A stretch of DNA of 64,000 nt, taken from Octopus vulgaris (lineage: Eukaryota). Location: assembly GCA_951406725.2 (NCBI GenBank), contig OX597819.1, positions 20,956,001 to 21,020,000 on the forward strand, written 5' to 3'. A model generated the notes under the pieces. That model was not told the DNA's origin. It did no database searches and worked only from the letters and a program-made list of their open reading frames with translations. Position numbers and translations under genes: made by a program. Numbering within the stretch: position 1 is the stretch's first letter; each line of letters opens with the position of its first letter. Of this stretch, positions 52,281 to 64,000 are shown one piece after another.

Positions 52281-52770
52281 ATCATCATCATCATTGTTCG
52301 ATCGTGGTCAAGATAATGGAATTTACTATGTTACGCCAGACTTCACGGTCCGTCATAGCATTACGGAGGTCCTGTTGCTGGATGCCTGTATTTCTGGAGA
52401 TTACTCCAGGGTATGAGAGTGTGCGCCCCCTGGTATCGCGAGCAGATGGTTTCCAGAAGAGAAGAGTAGAAATTACCTCGTTTTCAGCTCTACAACAATA
52501 TCCAGCAAACTGGACTCGTCTACCTTTTACAAGAGATGATACAGGTGGTAATTTCCCATATAGTTGTACTTTGGTTGGATGATGCTTCCACGAAAGATTT
52601 TGAGCTCTCATAAGGAGGCGAGTGTAAGTTCCATCCAACCGCCTCTCAAGCTTCTTTGATAACGTCCAGGTTTCTGAGACATATAGTAGAATTGGTTCGA
52701 CTGTGGCTTTGAAGATTTTAAGTTTGAAATCTCTACTTAGATTTGATGACCAGATCTTATGCATATCATT
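52281..52770 (-). mobile_element. 5'-truncated RTE-clade LINE, ORF2 C-terminus with (TGA)n tail
   Basis: KIW...KLKIFKATVEPILLY.SETWTL...RR.QFAG...RGR...DREVWR; stop followed by tgatgatga. Confidence 0.93.
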
Positions 52771-53289
52771 ATGAAAACTATATGAAGTATATATGAAGAC
52801 TTCGTCTTAAACATAACTGGAACATAGCTTTGGAATCTTCGCTACAAACTGTTGACTTCAAGGCAAATTTTTCCATTGACTTATCTGTCGTTTTGTCTTC
52901 TCCAAAAAGAAGAGCAGAAATGTTACTGTGGCCGCTACTTTAGCGGTGCTATTCTGACATTTACTACTGTTCAATGTACCTATCTTGCAGGTATTCTTCA
53001 AATTACAACATCTCGCAGAATATCATAGAGAATACATAAAGTTATAGATATTCAGATGTTAGGTTAGGTTATATATGCTTTCGATTCCATGTTATTCTAT
53101 ACAGACTGTTACAGGATTCATTCAACGGCAATTAATCTATTGTCATACAGTTTATTTGATAAGAGGATAATTAGTTTTTTTTTGTGAGCCTGTTAGAGAG
53201 GATTTTAACTATCTTACAGCCAGAGTGAAGAATTGCTGCAAATTTGTCTGCTTATTTAATTAAATATTCTAGCGTAACTTTTTTAAACC

Positions 53290-54214
53290 CATTAATGAAA
53301 CCTCATCTAGTTTCGACTTCCTCAGTTGTTTCGAGAGTTAATCCTTCCAAATGATTCTACAAAAAACGGAACAAATGGTAATCTGAAGGAGCACGGTCTG
53401 GGGAGTAAGGTGGATGAGCAATTTTCTCCCAGCCAAACACCTCTATTTCCTATGACGTGAACTTTCCAGTGTGGAGTCTTGCATTGTCCTGATTAAACAC
53501 CACTGCTTTTCTATTCTCTAAACCCGGGAATATTTATCTTCAAAGCAGCATTTAAACGCTATAATTGCTAACAGTAGATTTGAGCAATGACTGTATCATT
53601 CGTTGATAGCAACACAAAGGGGATATCTCCTTTGCAATCCCACCAAACAGAGAGAACCTTCTTCGCATGTATCTTTTCGGTTGCGGATGGGTCTTTTCCC
53701 CTTCACAAAGCTAATGTCTACGTCGCTTACCGTTTTGATAGAAGACCCATTTGTTTCATCAGCGGTCACCTGTCCATTCAAAACGGGCAAGGTGAGTACA
53801 CGAGGACGAATAGAAAAACAGGTATCCACTCGGGATTTGCATTTGGCTTTAGATATATCATGAGGCACATATCTACCGAGTTTGGGGACATTTTCATGCT
53901 GTTGAAGGTGGTGGTGAGAGTAGTATGGCTTGAACGACGGTAGCTTACCAATTCTTCAACTGAAACTGCATGATGTTTTTCAATTCTGCCAAAAGAAGCT
54001 TGTCATCAAACTCAATTGGACGTCCAGTTCGGGCCTCATCTCCAAGGCGGAAAGCTCCACCTCTGAATTTTACAAACCATCTTCTGCAAGTTCTTTCACT
54101 CAGACAATCTTTTCCATAAGGTGAGTGAATATTTCAAGTCGCTTCATCTGCAGAGTTTCCTCTTTTAAACTCATAAAATATTATTTATCGCAAATTCTTC
54201 ATAGACACTTCCAT
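53290..54214 (-). pseudogene. Mariner (Mos1/DD34D-like) transposase pseudogene
   Basis: MEVS..FYEFKRGNSA..SERTCRRWF.KFR.G..DEARTGRP; TADET; VWWDCKG; QDNARLH; GWEKIAHPPYSPDRAPSDYHLF; many stops and frameshifts. Confidence 0.92.
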
Positions 54215-56767
54215 GTTTGAAGAGCTATAATTAGTAAAATTTCAATTGGATTAACCTGCGAAATGAAATTTAATTAGCTTGCATATGTCGAAAGACATAT
54301 AGATATTGCCTGATGCCATTAGGCATTCTAAAAACCGTTTACAAGCTGGTAAATATAGACGTCCGGACGTTACGTATGGCCGGGAACTGATGCATTTAAT
54401 TCTCTATATTAATATGTGTGTATACTTTTGTGTTTCATACTATATTTGTATGTATGTGAATGTGTATATAAGTTTGTGTGTAGGCAATGGATGGTCAAAT
54501 CTACTATAATAATACTCTTGTGTTTTTCTCCGTCACAACATATAAATGAGATAGGAAATAGTGATAGATGAATAAGGAAGGAAGGTGTGATGACAAACTT
54601 GTAGTGGGGGCGTTTTAACTCTGTGTGAGTACATAAATGTGTGTATGTAAAAAGGAGGTGTGTGAACGTGTGTCTGTGTGAGTATGTGTGAGCGTGTGTG
54701 TGCAATAGAAGTGTGATGAAAGAAAAATCAAACAGCGTTTCGACTGTGTGTGTATGTGTATGCATGAGCGTGAGTGTACAAGGGAAGTATGTGAATGTAG
54801 GTGTGAACCAGCATTCTTTCAGTAACAAACGATGATCGATGTCACATCTCAAAATGTCAACCACTACATAACATTGACAGGTGTATTAATTTGATTTACC
54901 ATCCATATTTATATGTAAAATGCAACAATTAGCCGTCATTTTTGACGGCACGGGGCCACAGGTATATCAAATTATAACTGCGTTATCCCATTTATGTCTC
55001 TTTATGCTTTTACTTTCTATAACTCATATTACATAAAATAACTCAACGTAAAAGTAATCATATATTCCATACAAAATACAAAGGTCGATATAATCAATAA
55101 AATCTCATTGAAGTTGAATGCCTCCACGTTTCACAGTGCAACGACTGAAGCCTGTAAATGAATAAAATAACTTGCCGCTCAGTCTTGATATAATCTCTCC
55201 ATATATTTGTCCTTTAGATCAAATACTTTGCCAGGTTTCGTTACAAAACATATGTTCCCCTTAAGAAATCTTCATTTTATGAAAGATGTTCGTTAAAGTA
55301 TTGTTTACAAGAATCTATTGTATTTGAAATATCAGATGTCATTGAAATCCGATATTTCCCGAAGAAATATCGGATAATGAAATGAAGTGACAAATCATCA
55401 TTTATGTACGTGACACATTCGGAATTGTTTTCCTTCTTACGGAACTTAGACATCTGTCTCAATGTAGATTTAACTTCTATAAAGGCAGACTTGCAAATTC
55501 AATCAAGTTTTGTTTAACGATACATATCCACAGACAAAAGCGTGTGATCATATTACCTGGTAACTAGACAGGCTAGAAACAGCAACTGCTCTACGTCTCT
55601 GTTTTGAAAGACGCCTTCAGTTTTTATGAATGGAGTAATACTGAGCAAAATCTAAGATTCATTGTTGATGACTGGAATATTCTTTGATTATGTATATGAT
55701 CAGTCGGAACTGCATGGTGGCCAAACCTCAAATACAAGATCACACATTGCCATGCCTGTCTCTCAACGGCTGAATTTCTATTTCGAAAATGCAATATATT
55801 TCAGCTCCAAGAAATTATTTTTCTTTATATATTTGATCTCTATTAGATTCCTACTCTGTTCTTAATAAAACATTATTTGCATTCTTTGATTATAAACTGC
55901 ATTCAGGAAAGATATCTTCAACCTATTGTACATCGTACTAAAGTGGTGGTACAGCGTGTTCTATGGCACAATCTGTGAATCCACTTTACAAAGAATGCAC
56001 AATTCTTCGATTAAGAGTTTGTGTCCGTTTAAAACCTCAGAAAACTATAAACTTGAACAATTATCTCCCATTTCTGATTTATTCCGAAACTTAGAGCTAA
56101 TATTGCAACGCTCGGAATGCTAGACTTGCGTTCAAGTATACCAATAATTTCAACTTTCCGTTTTATGAAAGGAAGACGCATTCGAGATATACACAAAATA
56201 TAAAACCAATATAGGATAGATACAACTGGAACATCTTTGATCATAGTTCAGTTGACATGACACACTATCGTCCTTGGCAATATGGTCTCTTAAAGATTAC
56301 TTTAATTGTTCTGAGCATTGGAAACTTGCATTCATCCGAACATCCAGTCAAAACCAGAATTACAGTCGAAACGAGATAATTTAATACGTTCCTTCCTATT
56401 TTTGTTAGAAACGACGTATCTTCTACATATATTTAAGACGTAGTCTACGGAACGTTTAAACACATTGTCAACATCGGCCTCAAATAATGGGAAAACATGA
56501 AATTGGGTTTGGATTTGTGCTGCAAGGCGGATGAGGAAGTTGTGTTTTGACTGAACTAATTGCCTGAGTGAGTGACAGGAATATGTATGAAGATGTTATG
56601 AGATTTGAAACAACAACGAATAGGCCATGTTAGATAATGCAGATGAGATAGTGTCTAGTTAAAGTTAGAGACGGTTTTGATACGGTATGGAAAGTAAAAG
56701 ATGGCGAACGTAAGAACGAGAGTATAAAAAAGTTGGCGAAAAAGTGAGAAATTGAGATTTCGTTACA

Positions 56768-56919
56768 TAGATAGATAGATAGATAAATAAAGAGAGAGAC
56801 AGACAGACAGCCGATAGGCAGAGGGATTGAGACAAAGAGACATACAAACAAATTAATAAAGTTAGCTAGGTAAATAGGCAGGCAGGCAGGCAGGCAGACA
56901 GACAGACAGACACACATAC

Positions 56920-56964
<45 letters not shown>

Positions 56965-57130
56965 CACAGACAGGTAGACAGATAGATAGACAGGTAGACA
57001 GATAGATAGACAGGTAGACAGGTAGATAGACAGGTAGACAGACAAATAGATAGATAGATAGACATATTGGTAGACAGACAGACAGATAGATAGATAGATC
57101 GATAGATAGATAGATAGGTAGGTAGGTAGT

Positions 57131-57193
<63 letters not shown>

Positions 57194-57237
57194 GTAGATA
57201 GATAGGTAAATAGATAGATAGATAGGTAGATAGGTAA

Positions 57238-57269
<32 letters not shown>

Positions 57270-57283
57270 GTAGATAGATAGAT
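56768..57283. repeat. (GATA)/(GACA)/(GGTA) tetranucleotide array
   Basis: Direct inspection. Confidence 0.95.
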
Positions 57284-57550
57284 AAGTGTCTTTATTGGCC
57301 ACACAGGGCTGCACACAGATGGGACAAGTTACAAGGTAGAGCTTTTCTTTTGGGGGAGAAAAAAAAAGGTGTTTGGGGGAGAAAGAAAAAGGCGTAGGTT
57401 TTCGATCAAAAGGGATCGTAAAAGGGAAAAAAGAACAAAAAAAAGAAAAGAAAGAAAAAGGAAAAGAAAAAAGGAAAAGAAAAAAAAAGAAAAAGGAAAA
57501 GAAAAATGAAAAAAGAAAAAGAGGAAAAAAGGGGGAGAGGAAAGAAAAAA
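57284..57550 (-). mobile_element. Second copy of the (GATA)n-associated retroelement 3' end
   Basis: Matches 14169-14290; polypurine tract gives the spurious K-rich ORF. Confidence 0.75.
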
Positions 57551-58110
57551 GTGGATATTCAGTAGGTATGGAGCCGAATGTAAATATTTCTAATTCAAAT
57601 TCTACTTCACAAAATACTAATACGATGTTATATTTCTATTTAGATGCATTTGACATAATATTTAAGAAGGACGATCAAAGGGTGAAACATTTAATGAGTT
57701 TACGATACAGCTGGGAATTTAGAAAATAATATATTTGCATATAGGTTTATATAACTATAATGCACTTCCTATTTTAAGCTTGCTTTATGTTTATATGTCA
57801 TCTCTAGCCATATAGAGTTTTCGATGGAGTGTGAACATTGATGGAAGCGCAGGTTTAATTAATTTTAAACCATATTACTAATAATCTATAGCATATGGAT
57901 GAATCTCTGGTAATGTTAAGGCCAGGTACACGTAGTCTGTTGAATTGTATTTTATTTGTAATTTTTTCCCCTGGAAGATATATCCAGGAAGAATTGGATC
58001 TCTAAATAATTTCCTTTGAAATACATTTGATATTAATTTAAAATTAAGACATACATATGGCGGAGGTATTAGTCATATCCGCGTGATTTCAATTAAAGAC
58101 CATATAACCT

Positions 58111-58341
58111 ATTTATTTACTACCCACAAGGGGCTAAACACAGAGAGGACAAACAAGGACAGACAAACGGATTAAGTCGATTATATAGACCTCTGTACGT
58201 AACTGGTACTTAATTTATCGACCCTGAAAGGATGAAAGACAAATCGACCTCAGCGTAATTTGAACTCAGAACGTAACGCCAGACGAAATACGGCTACGCA
58301 TTTCGCCCGGCGTGCTAACGTTTCTGCCAGCTCGCTGCCTT
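58111..58341 (-). mobile_element. SINE family B with ~13-bp TSD
   Basis: TSD agaccatata(a)cct at 58097-58110 and 58342-58354. Confidence 0.92.
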
Positions 58342-58829
58342 AGACCATATACCTTGTAACTATATGTATTAAAGTACTTTATCCGATGCAATATGAAGCA
58401 TTATGCTTAAGAGTATATTTGAAGATCCGTTGGCGTTGGTATATTTCTTAGAGGGCAGCGTTAATGGGCAACTATCGTAATTTCTCTATTGTCATAGAAG
58501 CAACGTCGACTCTCACGATAGATTAGCACAGACACTATCAAGAGGCACCGAAATACCACATGGTAATATTTATCCTAGCATTTTCGATTCTTTTTCCAAT
58601 TTCCTAAACGCAGAATTTATAGTATTAAATGTTATGGAATAATACGAAATATTTAGAATCGGATATAAGGATTTATTAATTAAACTGGTTAGATACAGTT
58701 TTTTTTTCTTTTAGTTACGAAGAATTCCATTTCCATATTCTTACCAAAAGTGTCAATGCGTTGGTGATTTTTCATTAAATTGAAACCCTTTCCTAAACCA
58801 GGGGATGAAAATGGAAATGTTTATACATA

Positions 58830-58984
58830 GGCGCAGGAGTGGCAATGTGGTAAATAGCTTGCTTAACAACCAGGTGCAGTCTCACTGCGTAGCACCTTGA
58901 CCAAGTGTCTTCTGTTATAGCCACGGGCCGACCAAAGCCTTGTGAATGTATTTGGTAGACAGAAACTGAAAGAAGCCCGTCGTA

Positions 58985-59017
<33 letters not shown>

Positions 59018-59235
59018 GGGGGGTGCGTGTCTGTGGTTGCTACCAACACCACAATAGCTTAACAACCAATGTTAGTCTGCTTATGTCCCCGTAACGTAGC
59101 GTTTCGTCAAAGGACTCCAATAGAATACTAGGCTTAGAAAAAAATAAGTCCTGAGGCTGATTTGTTTGACTAAAGGCGGCGGTGCTCTAGCATAGCCTCA
59201 GTCAAATAACTGAAACAAGTAAAAGAATAAAAAAG
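58830..59235 (+). mobile_element. SINE family A, near full length
   Basis: ggcgcaggagtggc..gcaccttgaccaagtgtcttct..(TA)n..actgaaacaagtaaaaga. Confidence 0.9.
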
Positions 59236-59475
59236 TATATGTGCTTCCTTGTTACGAAAATTTTACGTCAATGGTGCCAAGCTGTAACGGTCCTTGCTTT
59301 TATCTGGGAGAGCATCGGTGGTGTGGATAGGGGAGGCGGTGTGGATGGGTGACTGCTGATCTTCCAAAAACCATAAACGACCTTGCCTGGAATTGTGCAC
59401 CGGAGAGGGGCAACCCCAAGATCGTTTATGACCGATGTGTGACTTTACCGTTATATATACATACATGTATGTATG

Positions 59476-59513
<38 letters not shown>

Positions 59514-59979
59514 CGTGTGTGTGTGTGTGTGTGTGTATGTGTGTGTACGAGTGTGTGTCAGTGTGTGTGTACATAACACAGGATTGGGGATTTTCAATCC
59601 AACCGGTTACCTTACAAGTAGTCTAGTATACTCCAGGTTCTGACTAGCCACATCGAATCCCATGGAACAACGGGAAATTCCTTAAGGATTGCATCCGATA
59701 GGTAAATCATGAGTTCATGATTTTATATATTTTGCAGATTGTAAATTCAGCACATTAAAACTAGTATATAGAATTATCCATCCTCAAAAGCTTGTTTATT
59801 ACACTCTTCTATGCAATAGCTTCACTTTATATCTGTGCTATTTAAACTGAATTTATTCTCGCTACGATAATACTTTAATAAACAAGCTTTTGATGGTGTA
59901 TAATTTTCCATTTTTATTTTTAATATCTAGTAGGAACAAACAAGCATATTCACAGGCGCACACACACACACACACACGG

Positions 59980-60391
<412 letters not shown>

Positions 60392-61384
60392 TCACACACA
60401 TACATACACACATATGCTGTAAATGTTTACGTATATACGCGAATGTGTGCGTATTTAATAGCGTGATGGCGTAGCAGAAATGCATCGATGTATTCGCTAT
60501 TGCGTCAAAAATTCAATGGTGTTGAAAGTGCCATCCAAACTGTATTAACTCTTATAAATAATGACATCTTTACTCGGACGCCATTGCAGAATCGGTTTCC
60601 GCTAGTTCTTTTAATTACATTTCACTTTACCTCTGATTATTTTGCTCTTATCTGCTACTTTTCTCACCAAAACTCTATGAGCAAACGTTCTTCTTCATTG
60701 TCTTCAAATATAGTTTTATATTCACATATAATAACCTCGAATTATCTTAATCCCCTAAGGAAGCAGCTGCTAACAGCTTTAATCACTCAATTATCTCTTC
60801 CCTAGTGAGTTAGCGTTCAAACTGTTTCTAGTTTATTTTAACTCCCCTATCTTTCCCGACGCCATTTCATCGCCATTGTGATGCAATTTTTACCCCTCGT
60901 AAATATTCTCTTTCATATGAACGTTTTTAATGTATTTATTTGTTTATTATAACTCTTATAATTATTTTGTTGTTGTCGCTATTATTATTATTTCTTCATT
61001 TTTGTTTAATGGCAAAACACTATTGACTAAAAGCTAAATGGGAACTAAACTACCGGGCAACTATGCGTCATTCGTGACGCAAATAATTCCCGAATACTGC
61101 ATGTCCATAAGTTTTGCTCCTACTGTTTCCATATTCTTCCTCAACTATCAGTTGTTTGCGCATCCGGATAAAGTTATGTATCGTTATCGCAGAAGAAGCT
61201 ATGTAACTGAGAAATTTTCTAAAGTCGGTAGGAGAAGCGTGTAAGTTCGAAGTATACTACGAGAAGGTTTGTTCCCTAATCAGTTATACGAACGAATGGA
61301 CGGCCGACTCACCTTAGCCCCTCCCCGAAAGTGCAGGCCTTGCGCCAAAAATTGGAACCAATATTGAACTCCACATGAAAGCAG

Positions 61385-61495
61385 AGAGCTGACACAAACC
61401 GAAGCAATCCAGGTAAAAATGCTAATCGGCATTTCGTCGGTCTTTACTTTCTGAGAGTAAATTCCACTGTGGTCGACTTTGCCTTTCATATTTGG
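61385..61495 (+). mobile_element. Old SINE family B fragment
   Basis: gagctg..aatgcta..ggcatttcgtc..gtcgactttgcctttcat. Confidence 0.7.
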
Positions 61496-61640
61496 TATAT
61501 TTGATTTTATGCGTGTTTCTTCTTTAATATTGATTTTTCTGGTTTGTATATTTTGCATGAGCACGCGTTCCTATATGACTGTGAAGTATTCTCACTAAAT
61601 ATATACAGAGAGTAGACGACACTTATCACTTAATATACTC

Positions 61641-61687
<47 letters not shown>

Positions 61688-62106
61688 TGTGTGTGCGTTG
61701 AATTTCTTGCTTTGTATGTTCATCTGCGACTTTGGACTTTAAGAAGTCGAGTTTTCTCTTGAAAACTTTACACCATTCAGATCTATGAGATGTTTTGGAA
61801 AGGTATTGAAATAGGCATGCGACCTTAAATGATATAAAATATACAAACCAGAAAAATCATTATTAAAGAAGAAACATGCATAAAATCAAAGACTCCTACC
61901 TCTTTCTGTGTCTCACAGTAGCTCCCCATTTACACCATGTAGATCTCTGAAGTACTCTGGCTGAATGTTAAAAAACCGTATGGGCCTTTAAAAATCAAGC
62001 TCATCTTGTTCTATGTCTTTAATCCTAATAGAAAGAACAACATCTTTGCTACAATATGGTGTTGCGTAATTCGGTGGTTATGAGCTAGACCTTCCAGTAC
62101 CTTCCA

Positions 62107-62150
<44 letters not shown>

Positions 62151-62190
62151 ACTACAACAACTACTACAACAACTACTACTACTTTTACTA
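62107..62190. repeat. (CTA)n/(CAA)n microsatellite
   Basis: Direct inspection. Confidence 0.9.
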
Positions 62191-62740
62191 CTACATAGCT
62201 TTCATTCGTCTCTAGTGGTGGGCGTCTCACTTCTTTTAACATCTCCCAGTAACTCGTCTGTTGCACTGAGTGAATTTTCTTTGTTAGTGTCGCAGTAACT
62301 CGAACTCCGCATTGAGTTTAACCTTTGGTATTGACCTTGGTTGGGAACTTTAATTCAGGCGCCTCAGAACAAATGTTTTCCACAGGAACAGCGTGATATT
62401 CTCTTGCCTGGTTCTCAATGGTCCCAGAATCCAGCCAGTCTTTTCCCTATACAGTGTTACTATCTTAATATTAAGCACAAGGAATGATGCGTCATTGGTC
62501 CTGTCAGTTTCGAGGACACGCACCGATTCTCATTTTGGAATAGCACTACTCCCTCATCCTGTGGATTCCGACTTCAAACTATTTAAGAACCGATAGAAGA
62601 GTGTTGGAAAATTCTCAGCGCTGAGTTGCATGTTATTTTCCTCCGCCCATCGCATTTAATTTCATTGCCGTTTCAGTGTGTCCTCGTGGTCCTCGACTGC
62701 TTGCAATATTATCCCAAGCAGTTATAGCAGCCATGAAATC
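62191..62740 (-). mobile_element. Degenerate CR1/L2-like LINE RT fragment
   Basis: WAEENNMQL, GWILG.LRTR, LWKTFVL.RL, SYWEMLKE; colinear with 23053-23760. Confidence 0.8.
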
Positions 62741-62854
62741 TTTGCCCCTGATAGTTTCAATATGAATCACTGCATACGTTTGCGCGAAGGTGTGCCGTAC
62801 ATTACATATCAGAATTCTTAATAGATTTTCATATTAATATATAAAAGTTTTCGA

Positions 62855-62990
62855 AGCAGTTAGCTGGCAGAATCGTCAGCACGGTGAGTAAAATGTTTAG
62901 CGGCATTTTGTCCCGGAGTCGACATTGCCTTTCAACTTTCGGGGCCGGTAAAACAAGTTCCAGTTGAGCCCAGTGTCAGTGAAATCAACT
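62855..62990 (+). mobile_element. Old SINE family B fragment
   Basis: agctggcagaatcgtcagcac..gtcgacattgcctttcaactttcgggg. Confidence 0.72.
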
Positions 62991-64000
62991 TAGCTTCTAC
63001 CGCTTGTGTTAAAATATTTGAAACCAATATTTAAAAATTTCTAAGCTTCTTTATATATTGCTTTATGACCAAACATCATTTCCATAATTTTCTCTGAAAC
63101 TTACACTTTACATCCACATATGCATACACACACACTTACCCACCCACATATTCACCTGCCTCTGCAATGCTGAATCGATTCGCGCAACAGCAAGAGATTA
63201 TTAAGAAATGTCTCACGTCTTTCGGAACAATTATGGCTGAACGTAAGTTATTTCATGAGTTTTAAAATGTCATAGACTTTATGAAGTCACGAATCGTCTT
63301 CGAAAGGAGACAAGAAGCCCTCTTCACTGATTGAAGCGTGGCTAATTACTTCCCTAATCTAAACATTTCATTCAAATCTCGATCATTGTAAATGTCAAAG
63401 AGACTCAAAGCTAGTTAAAAATGCAACTTTTGTTACTATGACCAAGTAACGAAACTGAGAATCATGAAGTATCACGAAATCGCATGGCTTTCCATCACTG
63501 GATTATTCTTTGGTTGAATATTCTGAAACCTTCCAAAGAACAATGTAGAAAAATTTCCTCCTGAATCTCAATACGCTTCTCGTGCCTCTTTAACTCTGTT
63601 GATACGTAAAACTTAGAAACTGCTTCAATGCAAAGACGAACAGGGGTCGAAGAAAGATGAACAGAAGACGAACAAAGACGAACAAAAGCAAAGGCGAACA
63701 GTTATCACTTTTCCTTATTTTCTGCAACGTGGAAGATATTTTAATGGTACAAGAAGACAAGCCACGCGGTTGGATCTTTAGTGATTCTCTTACTCAAACT
63801 GTTTCACCGAAATGGTTCAAGACGTTGGAATGTCAGATTGTGCTTTCAGATGGGATTTTTAGCCAGCAAAAAAGAAATCGTTTATGAATACTTGTCGATT
63901 ATGTGTTGAATGAAGCTGGGTTATATTCTTCCCCTTATAGCCATCTTCTTATATTCGCCTGCACTAAAATGGTTTTGCTTTTATTTTTTTCTGGCAATCT

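Noticed and set aside
56630-57729. YLSI-repeat and Lys-rich ORFs
   Set aside because: GATA array and the polypurine strand of a retroelement UTR

Overview
AT-rich, repeat-saturated eukaryotic DNA in which I could not support any host gene exon. The mix of tRNA-derived SINE families and very abundant (TA)n/(CA)n/(GATA)n microsatellites resembles an octopus/cephalopod genome (inference from recalled families, not from a search). Nearly all long ORFs in the track are microsatellite artefacts. The real coding remnants are all transposon-derived: two Tc1/mariner transposases, a Penelope-like GIY-YIG endonuclease, CR1/L2-like, RTE and R4/Dong LINE fragments. There are also at least four SINE families, non-autonomous Helitrons, and a TTAA-flanked element with long terminal inverted repeats. 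The most notable signal is a set of minimal type-I hammerhead-ribozyme folds in short, often fold-back, Penelope-like inserts in or near microsatellites. One (36457-36507) carries a compensatory G3:C8 swap of the catalytic core. A 548-bp tandem-plus-inverted non-coding unit is also retrozyme-like. Two SINE/LINE 3'-tail partnerships can be read directly from the window. All motif calls were made by eye and need computational confirmation.
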